Assembly (NCBI GenBank): GCA_030265395.1
Contig: JARFYF010000017.1
Location: forward strand, 42,839,889 to 42,903,888
DNA: 64,000 nucleotides
From: Rhina ancylostomus
Lineage: Eukaryota
Direction: 5' to 3'
Shown here: piece by piece, positions 1-13,112 of the stretch
Layout: each line of letters starts with the position of its first letter
Position numbering within the stretch: position 1 is the first letter of the stretch
Notes under the pieces: model-generated
Told to the model about the DNA's origin: nothing
Seen by the model: the letters and a program-made list of their open reading frames with translations, nothing else
The model's database searches: none
Program-made: the position numbers and the translations under genes

Positions 1-16
1 TTCTTTTTAATGGATA

Positions 17-150
17 TAAAAGGACCCATGCCACTTTGAAGAGTAGAGATCTGGCAAATATTTATCCCTTAATCTGCATCATTCTGTACAGATGATCTGA
101 TAACTGTCACATTGCTATATTTGGGACATTGTTATGCTCAAATTGTCCCT
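17..150 (+). mobile_element. Decayed DeuSINE-like (SacSINE1/AmnSINE1-type) fragment; related pieces near 17030-17255, 19940-20225, 23350-23480 and 45200-45285
   Basis: aaaggacccatgccactttgaaga...ggcaaatatttatccct...tcacattgct...ggga, matching the recalled Deu-domain pattern. Confidence 0.5.
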
Positions 151-589
151 TTCCAATTTTCCACAGTCACTGTAATTCAAAGGTAAAATTAAAGAAAATG
201 CTGGAAATTCCCAGCAGGTCAGGCAGCCACTGCAGAGAGAGAAACGAGTTAACATTTCAGGTTGATCGTCTTTCATCAGAATATATTCTGACCTGCTGGT
301 TGATTTCAACATTTACTATTCTACTGCAGACACTGGATATCCAAAATACTTTGTATTGGCAGTTTAGAAATACTTTGGGAAGTCTTAAATTTGTGAAAGC
401 ATCTAAATAGATGAAAGTCTTTTTTAAAATTGGCAAACCAAGTTACTTTGCATGTTGGGATTGTACAAAGCAATGGACCACAAAATTGAAATAATCTTGA
501 GAATTGATGCTTTATCAGTGTAGTACATTCAGGTTCTTAGTTGTTGCACTTCTATTTAAAATGTTAATTTGTTTTTCTTTGCACATCAG

Positions 590-639
590 GCAACTGCAAT
601 GTCTGTGAACTGCCATGGCCAACTTGCAGTGCTCTCTGG
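590..639 (+). CDS. WDR59: WDR59 coding exon 2 (ATAMSVNCHGQLAVLSG); exon 1 is upstream of the window
   Basis: cag|GCAACT...TCTGG|gtaagc, 50 nt; matches recalled human ATAMSVDCLGQHAVLSG. Confidence 0.92.
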
Positions 640-1474
640 GTAAGCAGACCAGCAGGGATGAGTAGCAACTGAATGTAAACATTGTTGTAGGTTCCATCCT
701 CGTGCATGTCCTCAAGATGCAACTACCAAGCTATTTTGTATCTTCGGGCATGTATATCAAGGGATGACCAAATTGTTTTATTCGTTGTAGACCTGTTAAT
801 GTTCTTGAAGTATTAGTCTAACTATAATTGCAGTCATATATAACTGTAAAATGGAGAGGAGAGCTCCAATTAATTGTGATTTTCCTCCAAACCTTGAAGC
901 AAATATATATAAGTGTAGTGTCCATGGGAGTATGGGGAGCACTGAAGTATGACTACAGGGCAAACCTGTGCAAACTCCACTCAGACAGACGAGGTCGGGA
1001 TTGAACCTGGGTTACTGCTTGAGTGTGATTAAATTTTTGTGGCCAAATTATGCTGAATTTTGGGCAGTTGTGTGGCCTGGGCTTGTGCTGTAAGGTAGTT
1101 CTTCCAGGTGAGCAATCCACGGTAGTCCTTACTGCCATTACCATTCAGAAGCAACTACAAGGAGGTCGATGTTACATTTTTGCTGCTGGCTGTTTGGAAA
1201 TACTTGCCATCTGGTGAGCACTAATAGTAATGTTTGAGGAAGCTAAAACCGACATTCCACAAAGACAGGATATAACTTTTGTTAGGGACAATGTGGGAAT
1301 ATGGCTTATGTGTCTTAAATTATCTGTCTGCAATTATGCTCACTAGAATACATTGGGATCTGTAACTATTACCATGACGGGTGAGAGTTTGGAGTTTGGC
1401 TGTGGTTGGAATGTAGAAAGTTGCCATTTTATGGATGTATTGGTTCATCAGTGGAAATGTTTATTTCTTCATAG

Positions 1475-1610
1475 GCGCCGCTTCTTGTATGTTATAAATT
1501 TAGATGCTCCTTCAGAAGTACCAAAAAAGATTGCAAGGCAGAGTAAGTGGGACATTGGAGCTGTGCAGTGGAACCCACACGAGACCTCATCTCACTACTT
1601 TGCAGCTTCG
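1475..1610 (+). CDS. WDR59: WDR59 exon 3 (RRFLYVINLDAP...SKWDIGAVQWNPH...YFAAS)
   Basis: tag|G...TCG|gtaagt, 136 nt, frame continuous with exon 2. Confidence 0.96.
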
Positions 1611-1832
1611 GTAAGTAGAAAGTTGCACTTAACTCTTTGGAAATCCTGGCATATAAAATAGTAAATTAAGAATATCACAAACAATCATCATCTTTGTTAC
1701 CAACATTAAAAACAAAACTAAATGGTGAGATTCTTGTAAGAAACACTTAAAATGCTAAACAGATTGACTAAGATCTGAAAATACCAGGTACTATTGGCAG
1801 TCTCACAGATAGTGATGAGAGTAATTGTTGAC

Positions 1833-2121
1833 TTGGCATGGTAGTGTTGAGGTTAGCTTAATAGTATTGCAGCACCACCGACCTGGGTTCAATTCCGGCT
1901 GCTGTCTGTAAGGAGTTTTTATGTTCTCCCTGTGTCTGCGTGGGTTTCCTCCGGGTGCTTCGGTTTCCTCCCACATTCCAAAGACACAGGTTAGGAAGTT
2001 GTGGGCATGCTATGTTGGCGCCAGAAGCGTGGCGACACCTGTGGGCTGCCCCCAGAACATTGTACGTAAAGATGCATTTCACTGTGTGTTTCGATGTACA
2101 TGTGACTAATAAAGATATCTT
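1833..2121 (+). mobile_element. tRNA-derived V-SINE (HE1-like), near full length
   Basis: A-box-like ggtagtgttgaggtt, B-box gggttcaattcc, V core gtgggtttcctccgggtgcttcggtttcctcccac, tail catgtgactaataaagatatct; further copies elsewhere in the window. Confidence 0.85.
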
Positions 2122-2129
2122 CATGGTGA

Positions 2130-2790
2130 TGTAGACCGGATGGTGAAATGGGCAGAAGCAATTAGACAATTAGATTGGTTAAGAAGTCGTATAAGTTATT
2201 GATTTATCTGAAGAAGCATAAAATGTAAAAGCAAAAAAATTATGTAAGATCTTTATGAATCAGTGTTTAGTTCTCAGCCAGAATATTGTGGACATCTTTA
2301 GGCATTCAATTCAGGGAAGATACAAGGGCTTTACAAAGTGTGCAGATNNNNNNNNNNNNNNNNNNNNNNNNNNNNNNNNNNNNNNNNNNNNNNNNNNNNN
2401 NNNNNNNNNNNNNNNNNNNNNNNNNNNNNNNNNNNNNNNNNNNNNNNGTGCAGATGAAATTTACCAGAATGTTACATCATTGGGGACTTCATTGTGAAAT
2501 TAAAAACATTATGATTGTTCATATTGGAATAGATTAACGCACAAATAGACCTGCTGAAAATAACTCCTTTGGATGAATGGATTGGTAAACACAGGTTATG
2601 GAAAAAGATGAAAAGGGGAAATGGGAAGTTTTTTTCCATTTTATGTTGTCAGGATATTAAAGATTACATATGAAAATGTGGTGGAATTTGATTTCATAAA
2701 TAATTTTAAAAGTGATTTGAAGAGATACTTGAAGATGAAGAGTTTACTGGGTTAGATGTAAAGAGAACAATTGGAACTAAACACACTCTT
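2130..2790 (+). mobile_element. Highly decayed CR1 3' fragment
   Basis: tggtgaaatgggcaga...gtgcagatgaaatttaccagaatg...tttgaagagatacttgaa pattern of CR1 ORF2 ends. Confidence 0.5.
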
Positions 2791-3227
2791 TCCTTCAAAG
2801 AGAAAGTAGGGGAAGCACCTTAGTTTCGATGCATTAGTTCAAGATTTGACCTTTCCGTTCTGATATTTAAATGAGTTCATGCAATTAGGCTTTTCAAAAT
2901 ACTTTTTGCAAAATTATTGGCTAGATAATACAAATGTACTTTTTATTACCTCCAAACCCTGTAACAGAGGAAATAATTACTTTGTTTTACTTTTGTAAAA
3001 TAACAATCCTTGTTTTTTTGCAAAAGGCTCACTAATAGTGGTCTTGCTGGGCTCATGGAAGTTCAAGAAAAGATGCAAGAATCTCTGTAAATGTTCTAGT
3101 AGTGCCCTGGAAAAATGGATTCTGGGCTTATGCCTACTTTTCCTAATATGGGGTCCAGTAATAAAGCAGTGGCATTAGTGAGGTAAATATTCAAAAGATA
3201 CAACACTGACAACATTGATTTTGTGTC

Positions 3228-3420
3228 TGGAGACACATGAGACTGCAGATGCTGGAATCCGGAGCAACAGACACGAAGGAACTCAACAGGGGAAGCAGAA
3301 TCTGTGGGAGGAAAAGAATTGTCAACATTTTGGGTCAAAACCCTGCATCAGGGCACTCCTGAGACAGTCTTGATGTCTTAGGACTGCTTGACCTGATGAG
3401 TTCTTCCAGCAGATTGTGCG
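3228..3420. mobile_element. Older fold-back Penelope terminal-repeat element; related single or collapsed arms near 190-310, 38130-38241, 39610-39660, 40705-40763, 41030-41120 and 47550-47650
   Basis: gactgcagatgctggaatc...ggaactcaac... followed by inverted ...gacctgatgagttcttccagca. Confidence 0.65.
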
Positions 3421-4722
3421 TTGATTTTTTTTAGGTTTGCTTCATTGGCCAGTTGAAACGATCACTTTTGCACAATTGCAATATACCTATCTGACACCTA
3501 TACCACTTGAATTTGCTCATTCTCCTGTCACATTTATGAGGTAATTTTCTTAGAAATCAGTGTTTGCTGTAGATTGTAGGGAAGCACACATCCTACCCCA
3601 AAAGAGATTTCAGATCAAATATCAGTTGACCAAGTATTTGTGAGGTTGGGATTAAGTTTAGTGTTGTGTTGAAGAATGGGGAACGCAAGTCTGAATTTGA
3701 AAGGAGCCTAGTTATTTTTCCCTTAATTTCTCACGTGATTGCTGAGTAGATTGAGAGGCTGGCAAGTTGTCATTTACAAAAGCTGGTGTTTGAACTAAAC
3801 AGAAGAATGGGGAAGTGGGAGGGATAAGTCACAAGGAGATTGGGGTAAATTATGGGGAGGAAAAGGGTGTATAAATCATTTGGGGGAGAGAGATCAATCA
3901 ATAAGTTTCATCAAAGGGATGGAGGCTGAAGTTGAGAAGGTGCATAAGGATGAGGTGAGGCAGTTGGACAATTTCAGGAAAGGTGGAAGGATAGCTTGAG
4001 GAACTGACAGTAGAATTCTTGTCCCCTGTGACCCCAGCAGTTTTATGAAAATGAATATCAGTTGCAGCTTCACTTCAAGTGTTGGGTTATCTGATCTTTT
4101 TAAATTTGGACAATGCAGTTAAATCCATGTGGTTGCTGAAATCTGAGGCATGCACCATTGTTTGAATATTAAAATCCTTGTCGTTCACTGGGTTGGATTT
4201 GTGTCTTAATTTAAAGCCATACTTGTCTTGACTGTCTTCTCCCCCCACCTGGCCCCTACTTTTGCTCGATGTGGCTTATTCATTGTCTTTGTACAAATGA
4301 TACACTACTGACAACAGATTAGCAAGGGTTTCGTACACAATATGAAAAAGCAAAAAAGGAGATAATGGCATCAGTAAGAGTGTACTTTGAACAACATATT
4401 GTGTCCATGAGTGTAAAGTTTGTTTTCCAGCTTCATATCTTTCATCACAGCTGGGAAAGACATTCAGAAAATCCTTTTAAGTATGTGCATTAAAAATAAA
4501 TGTTCTCTGATTTCCAATGCATCAGTCAAAATATGTGCATAAAAAGGTACTTTTCACTTAAAAATAATAACGTTATTGGAAGATATCTTATGGCTGTCCT
4601 CTGTTGTCCACTGATTGCCAATGAAAGATTGGTTCCGATACTGACTTCTTTGGCTGAGAGAGAGTTTTGATGTATATCTGTCTGGTAGTTTATGTGAAGT
4701 GATGTCTGAATGTTTGTTTCAG

Positions 4723-4808
4723 TGTAACCAGCGGGTGGACCTATACAAATGGCTTGATGGAAATGGCGAGATCCACACTTCATTGCAGGGTCACACCCGT
4801 GTTATAAG
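4723..4808 (+). CDS. WDR59: WDR59 exon 4 (CNQRVDLYKWLDGNGEIHTSLQGHTRVIS), WD40
   Basis: cag|TGT...AAG|gtattt, 86 nt; GH motif of a WD repeat. Confidence 0.95.
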
Positions 4809-5468
4809 GTATTTTATTTAGAATTATATTCCCTGCAAAAGTAGTGTGGATATATTATGTTTTCTTTCTTCCCAGATACTATCAGCAGCTGCTTGCTCGG
4901 TTCAATTGTTTTATGCTTTTCTTTTGGCTTCTTGGGTAACCAAAGTCATGTCATTAACACTTCTCAGCATTAAAGAGTGTTTTTTTTCTCCTGCTCATCT
5001 TTATCTCCAAGGCTGAAGTTCTGTGGCCTTGAGCAATCTGACAAGGGACTTAAAAACTGTGCTTGAAGTCTGAGGCTATTGTCCCCGTCAGGATGTGTGT
5101 TTGTGTCGGAAAGTGTGCATGATTTAGAACGAAGATGACGGTGTTTGTTGATGGATTGCAGCATATGGCATGAGAACATATGTACGGGTATAAGAAATGT
5201 GTACGGTAAAAGATCTCCCACTATGGGATCCACTTTATCAGTAACATTAAAAGTAGAGAACTGTGAAAGGGATGATTTCCATGATAGAAGAAGATATCCA
5301 AATGCAATTCTATTTGAATTTTACTCCACTTGTCCCGTAGAACCTGATTGCAAGCATGTAGAAATTCTTTCTCTAAAATTAATCACTTTTCTAGAGCCAT
5401 AGAAATCCACATAAATATGATAAGTCAGCATTGATTTTTTTAAATCTTTTAATTCATTTTGTTTGCAG

Positions 5469-5549
5469 TGATTTGGAGTGGTCATGGTTTGAACCTGAGC
5501 TACTTGTTACAAGTTCTGTTGACACCTACATCTACATTTGGGACGTCAA
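5469..5549 (+). CDS. WDR59: WDR59 exon 5 (DLEWSWFEPELLVTSSVDTYIYIWDVK), WD40
   Basis: cag|T...AA|gtaagt, 81 nt; WD dipeptide. Confidence 0.96.
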
Positions 5550-6247
5550 GTAAGTTCATGGCTTTGGAAGAGGTAAAAATATGAATNNNNNNNNNNNNNN
5601 NNNNNNNNNNNNNNNNNNNNNNNNNNNNNNNNNNNNNNNNNNNNNNNNNNNNNNNNNNTGCTCAGTAAAGTGTTGGGTGTACTTGCTCACTCACAAAGTA
5701 CTAATAATTAGAATGCTAAGCAATGTATTGCTAGAAAGTAATTTGCAATAATTCTGAGAGATTGTTTGAATTCAATGGTGTGGGAAGTGGTTACTGGAGA
5801 CTATATTTGCCTGCTCGGTGGCAGGGGCTGATGTAACAACTATAATTCTGTTTAATGGTGGGATTGATGTGAGACATTTGAATTCCTGACCACTGGAAGT
5901 CCCTCCCTATGTCTTTTTACCTCTTTTCAAAATTCCTTAAAATTGCCTTCTTGACCACAGTTGTGGTCACTTACCCTACCATTTCCTGATGTGACCTTGA
6001 TCGTGCTTCTGTGAAGCCCCTTGAGACCTTTTGCTGTGATGAAGGTGCTATATAAATACAAATTGTTGCATTATTATTAAGAAATTGGTATTCATGTTTC
6101 TCATTCACAGGCTTTCTGGCAGGCCTGAACATATGTAGGTTCTAATTGTAAAGTTAAGCTTTGTAGTCATACATCTGAATATTAAACAATCACTGTTATC
6201 GTTATGGATTGCGTTCCCATGACTAAATGTTTTTTTTCTCTCTTTAG

Positions 6248-6285
6248 AGATACACGAAAGCCATCGGTGTCATTGTCAGCTGTAG
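6248..6285 (+). CDS. WDR59: WDR59 exon 6 (DTRKPSVSLSAV)
   Basis: tag|A...G|gtgagt, 38 nt, phases match both neighbours. Confidence 0.93.
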
Positions 6286-6317
6286 GTGAGTTTTCTGCAC
6301 CAATGCACTAACGGGAT

Positions 6318-7335
6318 GGAGACACAAGACTCCAGATGCTGGGATCTGGACCAAAAAACAAACTGCTGGAGTAACTCAGAGGATCAGGCAGTATCTGTAG
6401 AGGGAATGGAATGGTCAACATTTAAAGTTGAGACCCTCCATTGGGATTGAGAGCATAGGGAAAGCATAGCCAGTGTAAAGGGGAGGTGTGGAGAGTTGAG
6501 GCAGGCACTGGTAGGCAATTGGTGGACCTAGATGGAATGAGCGATGCTGGGCAGATGGAGCCAGGTGGGAGAGGGGAAAATGAAAGAGACAGAGGCTGGA
6601 GAGTGATAAATGGAGGCACAAGAGGTGCTGGACTTATCAGAGCAAGGGAGGTGATAAGTGGAACCAGATAAGAGAGGGCTGGTGGGTAGCTGGAACTTGA
6701 TGAGGGCGGCGGACAAGACCAGGTGATGGGAGGCTAGAGTAGTGTATGGAAAAATGAGAGGGGGAGAACCTGAGTGGATTGGTAGGAAAGAGAGAGAAGC
6801 GTGGAGCGCTGGGTAAGGGTTACTTGAAGTTGGAAAATTCCATGTTCATGCCATTGGGTTGTAGACTACTCAGGTGGAATATGAGGTGTTCCTCAATTAT
6901 GCATTTGGCTTCACCCAGGCCAAGACTGAACATGTTAGTGTGGGAATAGGAAGGGAAGTGGAAACGGCATGCAACCACCAGCTCAAGATGCTATTGCAGA
7001 CACATTGCAGGTGCTATGCGAACCAGTCGCCTTGTCTCTGCTTGTTCTTGACGATGTAGAGGAGGCCACATCGAGAGCACCAAATTCAGTCGATGAGGTT
7101 GGAATAAGGCATGTGAATGTTTGCCTCAGCTGGAAGGGCTCTGTAGGTCACTGGATGGTTGTGAGGGAGGAAGTGTAGAAACAAGGATTGCACCTCCTGC
7201 GGTTGCAGGGGAAAGTGCTGGGGCAGGTAGGTGGGGAGAAATGAATGGACCAGAGACAGCACAGTCCCTTTGGAAAGCGGGGAGGGAAGGTGTGGCTAGT
7301 GGTGGAATTTTGTTGCAGCTGGTGGAAATGTGCTG
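6318..7335 (-). mobile_element. Penelope-like element 3' remnant (GIY-YIG region plus terminal repeat)
   Basis: Minus-strand translation TFPCNRRRCNPC..TSSLTTIQ...IWCSRCGLLYIV, with stops and frameshifts; ends in the cagatactgcctgatcctctgagttactccagca repeat. Confidence 0.75.
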
Positions 7336-7344
7336 AATACACAG

Positions 7345-7430
7345 TTAAGTCATTTCATCTACTGCATTTCATGCTCTCGATGTGGCCTCCTGTACTTCGT
7401 TGAGACTAAGTGTAGACTAGGCGACTTTGT
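7345..7430 (+). mobile_element. Inverted Penelope GIY-YIG fragment
   Basis: HFIYCISCSRCGLLYFVETKCRLGD, a degenerate 'xIY...YIGET..RL' motif. Confidence 0.7.
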
Positions 7431-7531
7431 TACTCATCAGAGTCCAGCACTTGCTTTTTCTACAGTTATGGCAAATTGTAGTCGCAGTGGTGTACCTTAT
7501 GAGTTGAAACTGAGATTTTAAATCAGGAGCA

Positions 7532-8079
7532 CAGTAAAACTTTGTTAACTTTGACCATTTCAATTATTCAGAAATCATGATAGTTTGGCATCTGGCTTAC
7601 TGGGTGACGTTTCCAGCTCTCCCTTTAAACTCACTTGGGTCTGCTTACTGCACTCCCTTTAAATTTGTTTGGGCCCTCTTTCCCACACACCCTTTGAATA
7701 CACTGGGCTCTTGTTTTCTGCACAAAATTTACTGGGGCCTTGCTTTCTGTGCTTCCTTGAAATACACTGGGGCTCTGTTCCTCAACCTTCCTTTAAATTT
7801 GGAGACGCAAGAAACAACAAATGCTGGAATCTGCAGCGAAAAGCAAACTGCTGGAAGAACTCTGACCTGCTGAGTTCTTCCAGCAGTTTGTTTTTTGCTC
7901 CCTTTAATTTTACCTGATTCACTGGAAAATTTACTACACAGCTGTGTAACATCTTTTTAAAAAAAAGTGAATTAAAATTGCACTGGGGTATTAATAGGAA
8001 TAACATATATTGGTTCGGAAAATCTGCTGGTTTGGCACCATCAAAGTGTTGAGCCTGCAGAATTAACTGAGTTTTACTG
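7532..8079. mobile_element. pogo/Tigger-like MITE with an internal degenerate ~37-bp tandem repeat and a nested Penelope mini-element (7800-7900)
   Basis: TIRs cagtaaaactttgttaact and aattaactgagttttactg (16 of 19 complementary); internal ccctttaaa..cactggg repeats. Confidence 0.6.
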
Positions 8080-9880
8080 CAATAAACTTAAGGTTAATAA
8101 TAACTGTGTAACATTTCTTAAAATACACTGGATCTCACAGTATGGAGCTTATCTCTTTGGGTGGTAAAATGCTTACATTCAATGACTAACATAGTAATTA
8201 TACTAAAACAGTACATAGAAGCAAGTTGAGTAGTTAGATATACAGCAATGTGGTATTTAGCCTTCAGTGATGGTTTCAAAAAATTTACTGAATTCAAAGT
8301 AACAGCATTTTGGTTTCTTAAAATTTGATGAGCACAATATGACTAATTACATGGAATTCTTTCATCTCTACTGTGGCATGAAATATTTGAACAAATGATC
8401 TAAATACTATATATTATAAACTATATACGGCTTCATTTCCTTTGATGTAATGTTCGATTCCTTTGAAGAGCCCCTTGATTGCTCATTGAAGCATATCCCA
8501 GTCATTTTTAATTCATACATTCCTCTTATCATTATAATGTTCCTGTGCAGGCTCTTTTATGATATCCTGAACAAACTTTGACCTGTAACTTTGAACAGGT
8601 TGCTGGAATTTGAGTGCAAAACTCACTGCTGTATCAAGGTTTGGTTGAAGAAATATCATAAAGAAGAATAGAATCGTTCCTCACAGAAACAGCCGGTTTT
8701 GCTCCAACTCATCCATGCCAACCTTGATGCCTATCTAAACTAATTACGTTGCTTGAATTAGGCCTGTATCCCACTGTGCCGTACCTATCTAAGTACCTTT
8801 ATAAATGCCATGTAAACATCGTAATTATATCTGCAGTTGTGGCATTGTTTTACCTGTATGATTCACTGAATGGTATATTTCCAAACGTTACACACAAGAA
8901 AGTTGTTAAAATCATAGTGAATTGCCTCCTAGTGAAACCCGAGATTGATTTATCTTGACCTGCATTCAGGTGCACGTGACTGGGAAGATGGATTTATCAT
9001 ATTGTGCAGAGGGGTTTAAAGTAAGAGGAAAGGGCCAGACTGTATTTGAATCTGGATTAAAATTATCAATTAGAACAAGATAGGTCAATATCAATTCATT
9101 ATAGGGGTGAAAGAAAAGGTTTAAAAAGAATTTACTTTTAATTGCCTGATTGTCTCTAATAATTCTTCTGCAGCTGGAAAGTGGTTTCTCTTTATTTGTG
9201 TTATCATATTCTGCATGATTTTTAACATTTCTCTTGTTGATCCTTCTGCGTGGTGAGGAAACAATTTCAGCTTTTCCTGTTTTTAACATAACTGAAAGAA
9301 TGGTCTACTACTAAAGCTTGGATATCCTTCCAGAAGGAGCTGTGCTGAAAATGGACACAGTACTTTAACTTAGTCCTAACCTATCACAAACTGCCATGTA
9401 TTAGCATTCTGAGGCTTTATTTTTAAAAGCAGGGACCCCAAAAATTTGTTTCGAACAGCTTTCTCAACTTGTGTCCTATCTTCAATCATTTCTGTATGTA
9501 ACACCAAGATATTTCTACTCCATTTTCCCAGTTTGATTGCTAGTTTTGTTATTGTTCTGTAACCACTCTTTCAGAGTGTATGTAAATTGACAAAGAAAGA
9601 GGATTTTGTCACCAAAATTTAGTTGAACCTTTGCGGAAAGTAAACTGATATTTGTACAAATGTTGATTTTGTGAAACGGTAAAGTTGTTAGGATTCCCCA
9701 AGTGATTACTGCAGTAGAGACTTCTACACAGATAAGGCAGTGCAGTAAAATCCTTCGAGAAGGAAATTAAGAATATTTTGGTGTGTTGGGTTAAGCAATA
9801 TAGGTGAATAAGAATTGTTTGTAATTTAGTTGTTTAAGTGGCTAGTTCAGCTTTCTTTTTCTCTTTTCCACATTATACAG

Positions 9881-9969
9881 CTGGAGCATCTCAGGTGAAA
9901 TGGAACAAAAAAAACTCTTGCTGCTTGGCAACGAGCCATGATGGAGATGTCCGAATCTGGGATAAACGG
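9881..9969 (+). CDS. WDR59: WDR59 exon 7 (AGASQVKWNKKNSCCLATSHDGDVRIWDKR), WD40
   Basis: cag|CT...CGG|gtgagt, 89 nt. Confidence 0.96.
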
Positions 9970-10859
9970 GTGAGTGGTGCGAGAGATGAAAGTCCTGCTT
10001 TGGTGCTGTCAAGTTTGGGAGAGATTGAGCTTGTGTGCTTGAGTAGATTTATTTTAGAAAAGCACTTCGGCCCTTTGAATTACTTTTCATGAATACCCTG
10101 TGTGTTACTGATGCAGTTCACAGGTACAGTGAGTTTGTTCTGCCCACTTTTCAACAGAGAAAGAATCCATAGCACAAAATTGATTGCTCTTAACTAATTT
10201 AGAGCATGCGGTTTGAGAGCTGTAAACATGGTTAAAGGAATTTCTTACTGAAGGGATTAGAAATGCATATTAGTTGTTGGAACAGTGTACTGCTTGGCCT
10301 TTCTCGTCCCCCTTATATATACATATGAAATGTGGTTCATCCTCAAGAGTAAACAATCCTTTGGATTGATATCATGACTAAAATATGAGTGTATGTTCTC
10401 AAGCTCAAGCATTGCCCAGACTTCCATTGGTGACTATGTGAACTGGAAGGAGGCCCAAAAATGAAAACAAACAAGTAGACCGAGCTTGTTGAGGATATGG
10501 GGTTTTAGTATGCTTCATCTACTGAAATTTTAACTTTTATGCCATTGGGGGAAATGGTTCTTCCTTGCCACAAGTATATTGTGTGGTTTTTTTTATGTTG
10601 ATGATTTGATTGGAACAGTAGTGTAGGGAAAAGCAAAGAATGACTTTACCTGCAGCAAAGATTATGGATCGAGGAGTTCAACAAACTTCTGGGGAAATTA
10701 ATAATTGAGACTGATTTAAAAGGGGAAAAAAAAGGAGGGAAAACCTTATTGGACCTTTTTATCAGTAGTCTACCTGTGGCAGATATATATGACTGTGATA
10801 GTATCGGTGCACAGTCTTTGTGGGGACAAAATCCGAACTTCACAATGACGATGCTCTCC

Positions 10860-12540
10860 ATTGGAATGTGTGGTATTGCAGACGTGCTAAATGAGATGTA
10901 ATCAGAACAGATCTAGCAACTCAAAACTGGACATCCATGATGTGTACCATTCGCAGCAGTATAAATGTAATCTGAAACTCATGGCTCAGCATGTTCCTTG
11001 CTGTACCTTTACTCTTAAAACCAGGGGGTCAATGTGGTTCAATGAGTATAGCAGAAGGGCAATCCAGGAGCAGCACCAGGCAAACCTAAAAAGGATGAAG
11101 TGCCAGCCTAGTGAAGCTGCAACAAAGGCCTACCTGTGTCCAAAATAGCAAAACCAGCATGTGATAGACAAAGCTGAACCAACTCACAACCAATAGATCA
11201 GATCGAAGCTTTGCAGTCCTACCACATCTCGTTACGAATTGTGGTGAGCAGTTGAACAACTGACAGGAGGAGGAGGCTGCACTAACATTCCCATCATAAG
11301 TGAGTGCTAAAGAAAAAACTGAAGCATTCACAACTGTTCTCAGCCAGAAGTGCCAAATAAATGATCCTTCTCAGCTTCTTCCTCCCCATCACTGATGCCT
11401 GTCTGCAATCAATTTGACTCATTCTTCATGATATCAAACAACTGAGAGCACTGGATACCATGAGGTTTATGAAGCCAGACAACGTTCCAGCTGTAGTATT
11501 GAAGCTCTGCACTCTAGGACTAGTTGTATCTGAAGCCATCCAGCTATAACTTTGGCATGCATCTGATCGTCTGGAAAAATGCCCAGATGTATCCTGTTCG
11601 TAAAAAGCAAGATAACTATTTCCCTTTCAGCCTCCTCTCAATCATCAGCACAATAGTGCGATCAAGCAGCACTTATTCACCATAATATGTTCACTGATGC
11701 CCAGTATGAATTTTGTCAGGACCACTCAGTTCTAGATCTCATCACGTGCTTGGTCCAAATATGATCTGAAGACTTGAATTCCAGAGGTGAGATCAGAGTG
11801 AATGCCCTTGACATCAAGGCAGCATTTGATCAAATGTGGCATCAAGATGCCCTGGTACAAATAAAATCAATGGACATCAAAGTGAAAGCACTCCAGTGGT
11901 TGGCATTGTGGCAAACACAAAGGAAGACTGTTGTGGTGATTAGGGGTCAGTCATCCCAGTAGCAGGACATCAAAACAGACAGTGTCTTAGGCCCAACCAG
12001 CTTCACCATTTTCATCAATAACCTTCCTTCCATAATAAAGTTAGAAGTGGGGATGTTCGCCGATAATTGCATCATGTTCAATTCTACTTGCAATTCCTCA
12101 ACAAGAATCTGCATGCAGCAAGCCTTATGCAATGTTCAGGCATGGGCTGATAAATGGCAAGGGAGATCTGTGCCACAGAAGTGCCAGGCAATGACTTTCT
12201 CTGATGAGAGAGCCTAATCACCTACTCTTGACATTCATTACCGTTGCTAAGATACCATTGTCAATATCCTGGGGATCGCCATCAGTCAGAAGTCCTACTG
12301 GACCACGCATATAAATACCTTGGCTACAAGAGCAGGTCAGAAGGTGGGCATCCTACATTGAGTGACTCATCTCCTGATTTGCCAGGGGTTTTCTGTCATC
12401 CACAAGGCTCAAGTCAGGACAATGATGAAATGCTCTCCAATTGCGTGCATGACTACAGTGCCAACAATACTTAAGAAGCTCTACATCATTCAGAAGAAAA
12501 GATGCTGCTTGACTGGCACCACATTAACCATACTAACCAT
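10860..12540 (+). mobile_element. Decayed CR1/L2-group LINE ORF2 (reverse transcriptase) fragment
   Basis: ALDIKAAFDQMWHQ, SVLGP, FINNLP and GMFADNC (FADD-like) motifs, with stops and frameshifts. Confidence 0.8.
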
Positions 12541-12826
12541 TGAAAGATTACAAGAAGCAAATATGAACAATACTGAGCAAGGTGAAGAAACATGCAGGTG
12601 TACAGCAGGGAATGAATATAATCTACTTCTTTTGTACTGGAAAATATGATGTGTGCTGAGCAATCAGCTTCTCCAGAACAGAGAGAATGCATAGAGGAGT
12701 ACTAAGGGAAGGTTCCAAAGCTGGAGAAAAGGTTAAGTAAAAGTTTTGTGAAGATTTCAAACACAATCTGTACCAGTTAGTTAGACAGAATTTAGACAAT
12801 AGTCTCTTTATTGTTTTTTTCCCTAG

Positions 12827-12943
12827 AAACCTAACACAGCAGTAGAATATATAGCTGCTCACTTGTCAAAGATCCATGGGCTGGACTGGCACCCAGAGAA
12901 TGAACACATCTTTGCTACATCAAGCCAAGACAATTCAGTCAGG
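12827..12943 (+). CDS. WDR59: WDR59 exon 8 (KPNTAVEYIAAHLSKIHGLDWHPENEHIFATSSQDNSVR)
   Basis: tag|AAA...AGG|gtaagt, 117 nt. Confidence 0.96.
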
Positions 12944-13034
12944 GTAAGTACTGGATCCCATGAGTCTTTGGTTTTTATTCCATATGTTAAGATGGAGGTA
13001 CATAAGTCATTTTTCTCCCTCTTCTGGTCTCCAG

Positions 13035-13112
13035 TTCTGGGATTACCGCCAGCCACGGAAATATCTAAACATCCTCTCTTGTCAAGTGCCAGTGTGGAAG
13101 GCTCGGTATACG
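13035..13112 (+). CDS. WDR59: WDR59 exon 9 (FWDYRQPRKYLNILSCQVPVWKARYT)
   Basis: cag|TTC...ACG|gtaagg, 78 nt; preceded by a 91-nt intron. Confidence 0.96.

Noticed and set aside
1-589. Search for WDR59 exon 1 (MAARWSSEN...)
   Set aside because: Not present and no CpG island here, so it must lie upstream of the window.
1833-1905. tRNA-like A/B boxes
   Set aside because: SINE head, not a tRNA gene; no cloverleaf, and it continues into the V core.
7595-7990. Regularly spaced repeats superficially like a CRISPR array
   Set aside because: Vertebrate intron; degenerate tandem units without unique spacers; no cas genes.
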